Shown one piece after another: positions 17,767 through 29,404 of a stretch of DNA of 64,000 nt (position 1 is the stretch's first letter; each line of letters begins with the position of its first letter). This DNA is from Nitrospirota bacterium. GTDB taxonomy: Bacteria > Nitrospirota > UBA9217. Below the pieces are notes generated by a model, which did no database searches, had not been told where the DNA came from, and saw only the letters and a list, made by a program, of their open reading frames with translations. A program made the translations under genes and the position numbers. The stretch spans positions 128,001 to 192,000 of the forward strand of contig CAWIYV010000004.1 in NCBI GenBank assembly GCA_963840455.1, given 5' to 3'.

Positions 17767-20700
17767 TCAGTACTCCCTCCACAGGTCCAGTGTCGTCCTC
17801 GAAGGACGGAACCCGAATGCCCGGAGCGCTTCCGCATAGGCGCTTCCGAGCGCGGGCTCGCCGTTGATCTCTTCCACGCTGATCTTCGTCAGCGGCCGGA
17901 ACTCCCGCCCCAAAAGGTCCTTGAAGAAAGCGAAGTACTCATGAAGATGCGGATCGTCTGGCTGAACGCGGATGTCCAGGGCTTTGCCGAGCCGTTTCGA
18001 GGCCAGCACCAGCCTGCTGCCGTGATAGACGAGGTATGTTGACGCGATCCGCGGCGGCAGCTGCTGCCGGAGCGGCTCCAGGGCCAGTCCGCAGAGCGAT
18101 ACGGGGTCCGTCGCGGACAGCCAATAGACCGCGTCCTCGGGCAGCGGCTCCTTCAACAGGCGGAAGGCCTCGGGGGAGATGAACTGCAGCCCCCGGACAT
18201 CACGGAAGAACCAGCCGGACAGCACCTCGCCGGAAAGCTCCATCAACCGGAGGGTCCTGAAGACCTCCCGCCACTGGAGCAGCGGCAGTTCGTTCGTCAG
18301 AAGCTCCCGGAACAGCACCCCGTAGCGCCGAAGCAGCTGCCGCACGCGGTCCTTCACCAGTTCATCCCGGGCGATGACATCCTGTTGCCCTATCTCCTCG
18401 GTATCGATCCTCTGCCAGTTGCCTTCCAGAGGACGCGATACCTTCCACCGGTTGAATCCCGACCGCCTCGACTGCGAAACCGGACCATCCGACACCGCCC
18501 GAGCGTTGAATCCCGTCACGATCCCCTTCCGTATCGTGCGGAACGAGTCGGTTGTGACATGCCCTTCCCAGGCCTGCTGCCACAGGATGTCCGCCGCCGC
18601 CGCGCTGTCCAGGTGAGCAGCATCCGCGATCTCGAGCAGGCCGTACCTGCCGCGCCGGTCCGGCAGCAGCCGGTCGAGCTCCGTTCGCGGCGATCCTTCG
18701 CTCTCCCCGGCTGGAGCGTGGAACAGATCGAGGTCCTGCCGGAATGCCAGGCTCAGCCGCTCCTTGCCGCTCCCGAACCAGATAAGATCGCTCTCCGCCA
18801 TGAGACGGTCAAGCCATTCGCCACGGTAGGGTTGCATGCGCGCGGGCAGGATGCTCTCCTCCCAGTTGGGCGCCGGCGCAGGCCAGCCAAAGAGCTGTTC
18901 GACGTGCTGCTGAAGATCTTCCATGCTCTCGCCGCGGTGAAGCACGCCCTGGAACAGGGCAAGGAAAAGAGGAAGCTGTTCGATCGCCACGGCCTCGAAG
19001 ATTGGCTGGCGCCAGCGCCTCGCCATCCTGAGCAGCATCTCAAGGTTCCTGCTGTCGCAGAGCTCCTCTTCAATGCTTGCTTCGCTGAACCGGTCCATCA
19101 CCAGCACGTGCTCCTCGACCAGTTCCTCGATCGCCTGCTCCACGCGTTCATCAGGCAGACCGAGCAATGACCTGACGCGGGACCGCCCGATCGGACCGTA
19201 GTAGGAAAGCCAGCTTGACAGGAGGTCGGCAAGGCCGGGCCGCTCTTCAGCTTCTTCCCGCGACCGGTGCTGTGAGGCCTTGATGAACTGCTCCACCTGT
19301 CTCCGGACCGTTGCAGCATTTCCCGAAGACGCAACAGGCGTGAAGCTCACGTCCTCGAGGCGCAGACCCATTCCTTCGAGCACCGGGGGGACATTCTCCA
19401 GCGCAGCAAGCAGCCGGAACGCCGCTCCCTCCCAGGACATCCAGAGCAGCTTCGCGTCCTGCTCGTCAAGCCACGCAGGGCCGTCACCGCCATCGCGGGC
19501 GATCGCCTGGGCCAGGTCTATCCACTCCGGCTCAGGGACCATGATCCGCTCCTTGATCCAGTCGAGGAGCTCGATCGGTGATGACGGCGCGTAGCCCGGC
19601 GCTGTTCGCTTCAATTTCAGGTCAAGGAGCGCAATGACCTCGGCCGGCACCTTCGGCCTGAGGTGCGACGAAAAGAGCAGCTCGCGGATCAGCTCGGGCC
19701 GGAGACCCGACTCTTTCGCCAGAAGCGGCGTATCGTCGGCATACATGGCGGCGTTCGTCTGCTTCCAGACCAGGCCGGCGGCGAAGGGCGAGGCCGCTGC
19801 TGTTCTGCACTCGGAAAGGATTATCTCACGGTCATCGATCTCATCGAGCAGCTGCTTCAGGCGCTCGAGATCAAACTCGTCCCGGAGGCAGGTGCGCCAG
19901 GTCTCGATAAGAATAGGAAAGTCCGCAGCAGGCCGGACCGCTTCGAGCAGCCGCTTGGAGCGGAGCCGCATCAGCCAGAGCGGCATTCTGCGCTTGAAGC
20001 TCGTCTTGGGCAGGAGCAGCGCCCGTTCGGCGTTCTCCCGGAACCGTGCGCCGAAGAACCCCGTCTGCTCCAGCTTCTTCCGGAGCAGGCCTTCGACGTT
20101 CGCCGAGGTCACGAGCGGGAAAAGGTCTCCGGCGGTCAGGTCGTGCGGCAGCATGAGGGACAGGGCATCGTCGTTCATGATGATCTGGAGCGGATACCGA
20201 TACTTCTCCTCCCAGGCGGCCGAGAGCGCCAGGCCGAATGGCCGGTTCACCCTGCCTCCCCAGAGCGTGTGGAGGATCACCTGCTTTGTTTCTGCATGCC
20301 CTGCGGGCTCGCTCACCTGTTCGATCAAAAGATGATGGCGGTGCGGCAGCTTCGCACCCGTGGCCTCGTGCTGCCGCTTGAGATAGCTGATGAGCCCATC
20401 GGCGGCCTCGCTTTCCAGCGAGTAGCGGTCTGCTGAGTTCCTTCCGGAACTCATCGCTTTCGAGACGGCTGTCGGCGTGCTCCAAAAAGAGGCCGATCCG
20501 CTCGGAGAGATGGAAGTCGCGGTTCTGCTCCTCTGCCCGCCAGAAGGGAAAGATGCCCTGCCCTCCCCGCGACGGAGTGACCAGCACATCGTTATGGGTG
20601 ATGTCCTCGATCCGCCAGAGCTGGGACCCCAGCGTGAAGGTCTCGCCGATGGAGCGCTCCCACACGAACTCCTCGTCCAGTTCCCCGATCTTGGCCTTTC

Positions 20701-22249
20701 CGTCCTTCAGCCGAAGGTCGAAGTAGCCCCGCTCCGGGATCGTTCCCCCGGAGCTATAGAGGAGGAAGCGTGCCTCGTCGCGCGCCTGGACCGTATTGTC
20801 CACGCGGTCGATCGAGACGCGCGGCTTGAGCTCCCGGAGCCGCGAGTCCGCGTATCTGCCGGAAAGCATCTCGAGCACCAGGTCGTACTGCCGCCGCGGC
20901 AGCTCGTGATAGGGAAAGCTTGATCTAAGGAACGCGTACAGGTCATCGATGTTCCAGGTTTCCATGGCCGTCATGGACAGGATGACCTGAGCCAGCACAT
21001 CCAGGGGCTGCTCAACGATCCGCACCTCCTCGATGTCCTGCTCCTCCACGGCCCGCGCCATCACCGCGGCATTCACCAGGTCCGCGCCGTGAAGGGGGAA
21101 CAACAGCCCTCTGCTTGTCCCTCCCACCGCGTGTCCTGAGCGGCCGATCCGCTGGAGCGTCGACGAGACCGATCGCGGCGTCTGGATCAGGACCACCTGG
21201 TCGAGGCTTCCGATGTCGATGCCAAGCTCCAGGGAGTTCGTGGCCACGATGGCCTTGAGCTCGCCTCGCTTCAGCTTCTCTTCCACGGCCAGCCGGATCT
21301 CGCGCGACAGCGAACCGTGGTGCGCATAGGCAATGTCCGTTGGTTCGTTCTCGTTCAGGAACCGGGTGACCTTCTCGGTGGTCCGCCTGCTGATGGCGAA
21401 GAAGAGCGTGGAGGAATGTTCCGCGATGATCTTCTTGAAGGCCCGGGTCAGGGCCGGCCAGACGCCGTCATCGCCGCCGGCACCACCCGCGTCTGCTGGC
21501 AGGGACACGGTCAGTTCATAATCCTTCGGAGCGCGGGAGCGGATGATCGTGACGGGCCGCTTCTCGTAATGGCTGTCCGCTCCCCTGCCGGTCCTCGTGA
21601 ACCCGCCGACAAACGATGCCACCCGTTCCAGTGGATTGACCGTGGCAGAGAGCGCCACGCGCTGGAACTCGCCGCAGAGCGGGACGAGCCTGTCCACGGC
21701 CGTGATGAGGTGCGTGCCCCGCTTGTTGTCCACCACAGCATGGATCTCGTCGAGGATGACCGTGGCGATGCCGGTGAGCATGGTCCTGCCGCTCTTTGAG
21801 GAGAGGAGCAGGTTCAGGGACTCCGGGGTCGTGATCAGGATCTCCGGGGGCTTCCGGATCATCCTGCGCCGCTCCTCGCCGGGCGTGTCTCCGCTCCGCG
21901 TCTGGACCGTGATCGCGGGGAAGGCCGCGCCCGCCTGTTCGAAATGGGCCTTGAGGTCGGCAAGCGGCCTCAACAGGTTCCTGCGCACGTCGTTGTTCAA
22001 CGCCTTGAGCGGAGAGACGTAAAGCACCCGCACCCTGCCGCGGGGCCATGCGCCGGTGACCAGCTGGTTCAGGGACCAGAGGAAGGCGGCAAGGGTCTTG
22101 CCGCTTCCCGTCGGTGCGGTCACCAGCACATGCTTCCCGGCCGCGATCTCCGGCCAGGTCTTCAGCTGGATGTCCGTGGGCTCGCCGATGGCCGCGGAGA
22201 ACCAGGAGCGGATGAGGGGATGGAATATCGAGAGTCCGTCAGATGCCAT
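17767..22249 (-). pseudogene. lhr: Lhr-like ATP-dependent helicase; one +1 frameshift near 20435 (pseudogene or sequencing error)
   Basis: APTGSGKT, DEIH, SAT, HHGSLS, QRIGRSGH in 19871..22249; C-terminal half in 17767..20589. Confidence 0.85.
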
Positions 22250-22603
22250 AGGGGCCTCATGCGAAGGTAAACATCTTCACTTTATCACCTATTAAAAACA
22301 TAGCCCCCGGCGAAGAGAAAAGCAAGGGGAAGGATGGGCAGATCTTTAGTCGCCTTTTGAAGAAACTGTGGTATTTCCGAAGGCACCCGTTTCTGCACTA
22401 GAAGTGCATCGTAGTGCGCAGTTATGTCAGAAGGGATATCAGCCATCGGTATTGGCAAGAAGTGCCCATCTATCCGAAAAAGCGTGTTAGACAGTTAGCA
22501 AAATAACTGATAATGTCCTAATTCGGACAATTCATATGACGCCAGCGTCCCGATTTTGATATAATGTGACAACTGTACAATTACTTGTTATCTGTAGGAG
22601 AAT

Positions 22604-24232
22604 TTGAAACACATGCGCATCTTCTTGATAACAGCCGCTTGGGTGTTAACAATAATAACATCAGCGTTTTCATCGGATATGAAAGACGCCTATCGACCCG
22701 CAGGTCAGGAATATCCGCAAATCATCCAGAGCTCTGATTATGCAACTATTAAGGCAATAGAAGCGTTATATGCTGAAATCGCGGATTCTATCTCGAAGTG
22801 CAACGGCTTGAGGCCGCGACCTCCGTTGGCGTTCTGTAGCCGAGGCATTTCCTCGGTCGGCTGTTTAGCAGATATTCAATCCGGGCTATTTGCTCGGATG
22901 TGATTGTACGGAAGTCGGTTCCCTTTGGCAAGTACCAGCGAATGAGGCCATTAGCGTTCTCATTCGTGCCCCGCTGCCCAGGACGCATAGGGCCGAGCAA
23001 AGTAGCATCTGATTCCCAGTCTGGCCGAGAGCGCCTCGTGTTTGGCATTCTCGGTCCCGTTGTCCAGCGTGAGGGTCTGGCGCCCTTTGGCCGGAAGCTT
23101 CTTGAGCCGATCGATGACTACCTGATTCGTCTCGTCAGCGCCCTTTCTGGACAGCTTGGTGATGAGGACAAGGCGACTCTTACGTTCGACCAGGGTGTTG
23201 AGTGCTGCTTTACTCTTTCGGGAGATGAGGCTGTCATCCCTCCCAGTGACCGTACTGGCGACGGCTCTCTACGGACTTCGGTCGGGTATCAATCGGAATC
23301 CTATTGGGAATCGTGGTTTTTCTCACTTTTCTGCCGATGCTCTTGTTCTTCCGCTTTTTGTGGGCTCGGCGCAGCAACTGGATCATCTCCAGACGATCTG
23401 GATTCTGGGGATGATAGATGTACTGATAGATGGCCTCGTGGTTGATGGATTCTCCCGGATGGTCAAGCCGGATCCTCCCAGAGATCTGCTCCGGGGACCA
23501 TCCCTTAGCGAGGCCGGCCTTTACATACTGCCGGATAAGGTCGTTTTTCAGACGCTCGTGCTTATTGGCCTCCGTCTTTCGCTCGCAGGCCCGAGCGTGT
23601 GCCCGACAGGGAACATAACGTCGCCGCTCCGGTGGAGAGTTGCGGTTGAGCTCCCGCGAGATAGTGCTTTTGTCTCGGCCGCACAGCTTTTGCAATATCG
23701 CCGAGGCTGGAACCTCCTGAGAGCAAGTTGGCGATGATCTCTCTTTCCTCTTGGCTCAGGTGCTTATAGGGTTTTGGCATAGACACTTAGAGTAGCATGG
23801 CTACCCCAAGTGTTAAGGCACTTGAAGCGCTATATGAACTCGCGAATCATCAAAATCGGGAAAGACTTGAAATATTGCAGAGCGAGTGATGAATCAATTA
23901 TTTTGAAATCCGAGAATGATTCTCAGAAGGCAGTTCTCATTATGTTCCCCGATAAAGGAACAGTCACAATAGGCAACCACCATTACCGCGATCACAATAC
24001 GGTGATTCTGTTTACCACACTGAAAAAAGTACTTGCCGCTCTATCAATGAAAACTTCCTGTTCCGGTGTTCAGGCCGATCAATTTTCTACGCGTGGCTAC
24101 AAGAAAAGGACAATATTCGGTTTTGACTTTGGGCCGAATATTGTCGAACTCGATTCGCTATCGAATGGACCGCATAGTGAAGAGCGTGTCTACGTACTTG
24201 ACATCGTGACTCGGAAGGAATCGTTTTTCTAA
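22604..24232 (+). pseudogene. Secreted hypothetical protein (cassette gene) interrupted by IS30
   Basis: Removing 22780..23847 gives an in-frame join ...ALYAE-IIKIGKDLKY...; N-terminal signal peptide. Confidence 0.8.
22780..23844 (-). mobile_element. IS30 family insertion sequence, transposase with four +1 frameshifts
   Basis: YKHLSQEERE, STISRE, GHWEGD, DNGTEN, QRGTNEN, RPRKCLGY motifs; imperfect terminal IRs; AAT duplicated at 22777..22779 and 23845..23847. Confidence 0.9.
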
Positions 24233-24249
24233 GATGATTTAGTCATCAA

Positions 24250-24309
24250 AGATAACAACCGGGTCGAGCCCGACGCGCATAAGGCGCGCGTCTCACCCGG
24301 GCGTTACAG
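24250..24309 (+). mobile_element. attC site
   Basis: AGATAAC-AACCGGGTCGAG..GACGCGC ATAAG GCGCGCGTCTCACCCGG-GC-GTTACAG; extra-helical C in CGGGT(C)GAG / CTCACCCG. Confidence 0.75.
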
Positions 24310-24311
24310 AC

Positions 24312-24340
24312 AAAAAATGGCGGCCTCATCGGCCGCCGTT
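24312..24340 (-). terminator. Intrinsic terminator (near-identical copy at 25298..25327)
   Basis: AAAAAA(T/C)GGCGGCC-TCATC-GGCCGCCGT. Confidence 0.7.
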
Positions 24341-24381
24341 CGCATTTCCCTTCGTACATCCTTCTATGATATAGAGAGAGC

Positions 24382-25134
24382 CTACTTCCCGAACACCTTC
24401 TTCAGCAGGTCCGTGACCTGCGCCACCGGGTCCTTCCGGATCTTCTTCTCCTCCTGCCCCAGCATGAAGAACAGCCCGTCCAGCGCCTTGCTCGTCACGT
24501 GGTGGTCCAGGTCAAGGGACTCGTCCTTGATGAGCCTGCTCTTCTTCGCCTTGTCCACGAGCTGCTGGTAGGCCTTAGTGACGCCCACTTCCATGACGGC
24601 CTTCGACACCGTCGGCTTGAAGAGGCCATAGAGTTTGTCGTAGGTCTTGGACCGCATGTATTCCGTGGCAGCCGTGTCGCCGCCCTTCAGGATGTTGAGG
24701 GCGTCCACGATGGTCATCTCCTTGATGGCCCCGATAAAGATGTCCTTTGCCGGCGGCGCGGCCTTCTCGGCTGCCCGGTTCATGGTCAGGATGAACTCAT
24801 CGACCTGCTTGCCGAGCCCGATCTTCCGAAGCGGCTTCTCCACCTTCTGGACCTTCTCAGGCAGCGGGATCTTGATGGCCGGGTTCTTGAAAAAGCCGTC
24901 GGTCTGGGACACGGTCTTGACCGCATTCTGCGATCCGACCGTGAGCGCCTCCTTCAGGCCCGCGGCGACCGTCTCCTTATCGAGGCCCTTGCCCTGCGCG
25001 GGACCTTCCGTTGATGACGATCTATCCTTGTCCTTCTTGCCGGCAAGGTCCTTCACCTTGTCCAGAAGGTTTGCGCCGGCAATGCCGCTGCCCAGCAGGA
25101 ACACCGTGGTGATGCCGATCAGAATCTTCTTCAT
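24382..25134 (-). CDS. DUF4197 family secreted protein
   Basis: GLKEAL, MNRAAEKA, EEKKIRKDP motifs; signal peptide. Confidence 0.85.
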   Translation of the reverse strand: MKKILIGITTVFLLGSGIAGANLLDKVKDLAGKKDKDRSSSTEGPAQGKGLDKETVAAGLKEALTVGSQNAVKTVSQTDGFFKNPAIKIPLPEKVQKVEKPLRKIGLGKQVDEFILTMNRAAEKAAPPAKDIFIGAIKEMTIVDALNILKGGDTAATEYMRSKTYDKLYGLFKPTVSKAVMEVGVTKAYQQLVDKAKKSRLIKDESLDLDHHVTSKALDGLFFMLGQEEKKIRKDPVAQVTDLLKKVFGK

Positions 25135-25185
25135 GGAGACCTCCTCAGCCGAAGCTGATACGGATGCTTCATACTCTGTTATTTT

Positions 25186-25263
25186 TCATTGCGGGCGACC
25201 GGAGGAGCGCGGCAATCTCGCAGTCAATACGAGATTGCTTCGTCGCTTCGCTCCTCGCAATGA
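25186..25263. repeat. REP-like palindromic element
   Basis: TCATTGCG...GCAATCTCG...CGAGATTGCTTCGTCGCTTCGCTCCTCGCAATGA. Confidence 0.7.
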
Positions 25264-25297
25264 CGTGCCGACAAGAACAAGTTAATACTCTTGCATC

Positions 25298-25327
25298 AAA
25301 AAAACGGCGGCCTCATCGGCCGCCGTC
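25298..25327 (-). terminator. Intrinsic terminator after the cytochrome operon
   Basis: GC-rich hairpin plus T7 tract on the minus strand. Confidence 0.75.
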
Positions 25328-25354
25328 GTGGTTATCATCCATTCATTTCGTCGA

Positions 25355-25687
25355 TCAATGGCAGCCCTTGCAGGGCTGGTTCTTCTTGGTGATGGTCACT
25401 ACATGCCCTTTGCCGCCGTCCATGTTCTTGATGTCATGGCACTGGTTGCAATGGAACTTGAGCCCCATCTCGGTGCGGTGCTTCTGGTGCGGGAACTTCC
25501 TCCCTTTACCTGTGACGTACGTGTCATAGTCATGGCAGCTGAAGCACGGCACAGCATCCTTCAGGGCAACGATCTTCACCGGCGCTTCTTCTCCCTGTTT
25601 CTTGTGCTGGGCCTTGCCGACCAGGTCCTTGCCGCAACCAACGGTGAACAGCGCCACCAGCAGCATCGGGATCGCGATCTTCCTCAT
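25355..25687 (-). CDS. Triheme cytochrome c lipoprotein
   Basis: Lipobox TVGC; CFSCH, CNQCH, CKGCH. Confidence 0.85.
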   Translation of the reverse strand: MRKIAIPMLLVALFTVGCGKDLVGKAQHKKQGEEAPVKIVALKDAVPCFSCHDYDTYVTGKGRKFPHQKHRTEMGLKFHCNQCHDIKNMDGGKGHVVTITKKNQPCKGCH

Positions 25688-25689
25688 GG

Positions 25690-26403
25690 CTATTTGTTCT
25701 CCTTCTTGGATTTTGGCCCGAAGAGGTAGTCGTACTCCGCCGGGTGGTGGTGCTTCAGCTTCTCGATGCTCATCTTGCCGGTCAGCCACATCCAGTTCAT
25801 GGGGAAGACATCGGACCGGAGGTGCTCCATGTAGAAGTGGATGATCAGGATGAACACGATCGCCAGGAGCGCCTCGTCGCTGTGCATGATGAAGAGCACG
25901 TCCCAGGCCCAGCCGAGGGTGAACGTCGGGAACAGGGCGGACACGGTCACCGGGAAGGCGAGGAAGAAACCAGAGGTCCCGATGATGAACATACCCCAGT
26001 ATACTGCCCAGTAGTCGAACTTCTGGAGGTACGAGAACTTTCCGAAGTAGGGCCGCTCGTTCCGGAGGCCGAGATAGTACATGAAGTTGTGGACCATGTC
26101 CACCACGTCCTTCGGCATCGGGATGATCGTCAGCCGGAGGTCGCGCTTCCGCGCCAGGTTGAGCAGGTAGAACTGGTGGTAGATGAAGTCCAGCAGCATG
26201 GTGATGCCCGCCACACGGTGGATGATGCCGGCCATCTTCGGCCCGCCCCAGACACTGATCCAGGCGCTGGACGGCTCGACGTAGGCGTACTTGAGCCCCC
26301 AGCCCGTGAAGGACAGGAGCAGGAACGTCGTGAACATGATGATATGCTGGATCCGGGCGGAAAGGTCGAACCGCTCGATCTCCTGCGGTATGTTCTTATC
26401 CAT
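25690..26403 (-). CDS. Membrane cytochrome b (FdnI/HyaC-like)
   Basis: Four TM helices with His ligands (RIQH, IIHR, MHSDEA, IHFY); KFDYWAVYWG. Confidence 0.88.
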   Translation of the reverse strand: MDKNIPQEIERFDLSARIQHIIMFTTFLLLSFTGWGLKYAYVEPSSAWISVWGGPKMAGIIHRVAGITMLLDFIYHQFYLLNLARKRDLRLTIIPMPKDVVDMVHNFMYYLGLRNERPYFGKFSYLQKFDYWAVYWGMFIIGTSGFFLAFPVTVSALFPTFTLGWAWDVLFIMHSDEALLAIVFILIIHFYMEHLRSDVFPMNWMWLTGKMSIEKLKHHHPAEYDYLFGPKSKKENK

Positions 26404-27322
26404 GATGGTCCCCCTTCCTGAACAGACGGTCGCGGATGTCCGCGAAGATATCGAGGAGCACGTGGATGATGATGAACATGAACGTGCCCACCGTAAGGAT
26501 GATCAGGCCGATCTCGGCGAAGTGCGCGATCGGGTGGAGCGGCTTGTGCGTGATGGCCGCAACGAACTTGTCCGTGGCGCCCGGATGGCACTTGCCGCAG
26601 GTCTTCTTCTTGTTCTCGCCGTAGACCGGTGACTTCGGGTCCTTGGCGCTCAGGATGCCGTGCGAACCGTGGCAGCTGGCGCATGACGGCGCGCCGGTGT
26701 GGCCGAGCTTCAGCTTCCTGCCGTGGAAGCTCTCGAGATAGCGCTCCATCACAAGGGGAGAGAAACCGTACTTTTCGGCCATGAGCTTCTCTTCATGGCA
26801 CTTGCCGCAGGTCTCAACGATATTAAAGAGGTAGACCTTGGATTCCTTGCTCGGCCGCGCCTGGATGTAATGCGGCGAGCCATGGCAGCTCGTGCAGACC
26901 GGCCCGTCCGAGGACTTTTTGACCATGACGTTCCGGCCGTGGACGCTGGCCTTATAGGCGTTGTAGGGGTCGGGATGGCAGCTCACGCACGCGGCCTGGG
27001 CCACGGGATCTACCTTGCTCTTCGGGGATATGGCGTTCGCCAGTTCCTGCACTGTCTTGTCCACCGGGGCTGTGGGGCCCTTGTGCGGCTGGGCCGTAAA
27101 GCTCAGGTGGCAGTCCACGCAGTTGAAGCTTCCATGGACCGACTTAGAGAACTTCTCAGCGTCCACGTTGAGATTCACGAGGACGCCTTTCTCCTTCTCC
27201 ACGCTCCCCTGCATCGATGCATGACATGCGAGGCACGCCTTCGCATCAGGTGCCGCGTTCGCGGCGGGAACGAGGACCAAGGAGCACAGCAACAGCATCA
27301 ACGCACCTTGCCAGATCCTCAT
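26396..27322 (-). CDS. Seven-heme cytochrome c with C-terminal TM helix
   Basis: Seven CxxCH motifs; signal peptide; TM helix containing His. Confidence 0.9.
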   Translation of the reverse strand: MRIWQGALMLLLCSLVLVPAANAAPDAKACLACHASMQGSVEKEKGVLVNLNVDAEKFSKSVHGSFNCVDCHLSFTAQPHKGPTAPVDKTVQELANAISPKSKVDPVAQAACVSCHPDPYNAYKASVHGRNVMVKKSSDGPVCTSCHGSPHYIQARPSKESKVYLFNIVETCGKCHEEKLMAEKYGFSPLVMERYLESFHGRKLKLGHTGAPSCASCHGSHGILSAKDPKSPVYGENKKKTCGKCHPGATDKFVAAITHKPLHPIAHFAEIGLIILTVGTFMFIIIHVLLDIFADIRDRLFRKGDHHG

Positions 27323-27526
27323 ACAATCTCCTTTCAGCACTATAAATAATTCTTATATTGATATTTGCCGGGTGTGTTCAGGAAGTCCCGCAGCAGCGGG
27401 CCGGCATCGATCCGGAAATAACAAGCCCAGACATTATCATACGGAAGGTTTTTTGGCAAGCGGATTTTGCAAAATCAGGGCTGAGGAAGGAGCGGTTTTT
27501 TGCAACTCATCGGGAACGGCAAGACA

Positions 27527-27647
27527 GAACACGAATGACACGAATGGACGAATTTCACGAATAAAGGCCGAGTGTATTATCAACAAACAAACGTCAGGTA
27601 TTTATCTTCATTCGTGCCATTCGTGGGTTATTCGTGACATTCGTGTT
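27527..27647. repeat. CACGAAT-type inverted tandem-repeat element, empty copy
   Basis: GAACACGAATGACACGAATGGACGAATTTCACGAAT ... ATTCGTGCCATTCGTGGGTTATTCGTGACATTCGTGTT. Confidence 0.85.
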
Positions 27648-27655
27648 ATTGCTCT

Positions 27656-28426
27656 TTATTTCCGCTTGGATCGGTTGTTTTTGCCATAATAGACCGTGAC
27701 GAGGTACAGGCCGCGTGCCGGCGCGATCCTGCCTGCTGCCGACCGATCACGGGACCTGAGCATGCGCTTGACGTCAGCGCGAGAAAATCTACCAAGCCCA
27801 ACCTCGGTAAGCGTGCCGACGATGTTCCTCGCCATGTGCATCAGGAAGGCGTCTGCCTCCAGCGTGAATTCGACGAGATCGCCTTTCTTTTTGATCGTGA
27901 GCGCCTTCAATGTTCTGACGGGGGTCTTCGCGCTGCAGCCGGCGCTCCGGAAGGCGGAGAAATCATGTTTCCCCACCAGGACCTCTCCCGCACGCTTCAT
28001 CGCCGCGAGGTTCAGCTTCCGGTCCACGTGCCATGCGTGATTTCGGCGGAGCGCAGAAGGTGCCCTCCTCGCGAGGATGAGATACTGGTACTGTTTTCCT
28101 TTGGCGCTGAACCGGGCGTGAAAATCAGGCGTGGCCTCTTCCGAGGAAAGGACGCGGATATCTGCCGGAAGCAGGCTGTTCAGGGCGGGCGCCCAGGCCT
28201 CTGCCGGGATGCGGCTCTCCGTCGGGAAGTTGGCCACGTGCCCCCGGGCGTGCACCCCCGCGTCGGTCCTGCCGGACGACACGGTCCTTATGTCCTCCTT
28301 CGTGAGCTTCCGGAGGGCCTCTTCGAGCGCGTCCTGGATGGTCGGCATGCCGCTCCCCTGCTGGGACTGCCAGCCGTGGTAGTTCGTGCCGTCGTATTCG
28401 AGGACTAATTTGATATTTCGAGCCAT
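27656..28426 (-). CDS. truA: tRNA pseudouridine(38-40) synthase
   Basis: YDGTNYHGWQ, GRTDAGVHA, HDFSAF. Confidence 0.95.
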   Translation of the reverse strand: MARNIKLVLEYDGTNYHGWQSQQGSGMPTIQDALEEALRKLTKEDIRTVSSGRTDAGVHARGHVANFPTESRIPAEAWAPALNSLLPADIRVLSSEEATPDFHARFSAKGKQYQYLILARRAPSALRRNHAWHVDRKLNLAAMKRAGEVLVGKHDFSAFRSAGCSAKTPVRTLKALTIKKKGDLVEFTLEADAFLMHMARNIVGTLTEVGLGRFSRADVKRMLRSRDRSAAGRIAPARGLYLVTVYYGKNNRSKRK

Positions 28427-28437
28427 GAAGATTATTT

Positions 28438-28554
28438 ACCTCAGAGAACGCAGAGCCCGCAGAGTTTTAATCTTGAATTCGGAATTCTTAAATCTGAATT
28501 CTTGATTTTAATCTTAAATCTTTTTTTCTCAGCGGTCTCTGCGACCTCTGCGGT
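28438..28554. repeat. CGCAGAG-type inverted tandem-repeat element
   Basis: ACCTCAGAGAACGCAGAGCCCGCAGAG ... CTCAGCGGTCTCTGCGACCTCTGCGGT. Confidence 0.8.
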
Positions 28555-28564
28555 GAAACAGCAG

Positions 28565-29266
<702 letters not shown>

Positions 29267-29302
29267 GTTCGTTACAAAATAATCTGAAAGCAAGACCTTG
29301 GA

Positions 29303-29387
29303 ACCGCGAAGGCGCCAAGGTCGCCAAGGAATGAAAAAGCAGAACAAAGATGCACGCTGTTCTTCGCGTCCTTCGCGTCTTTGCGGT
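29303..29387. repeat. CGCGAAG-type inverted tandem-repeat element
   Basis: ACCGCGAAGGCGCCAAGGTCGCCAAG ... CTTCGCGTCCTTCGCGTCTTTGCGGT. Confidence 0.8.
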
Positions 29388-29404
29388 AGAAATTTCCCCG
29401 GATG

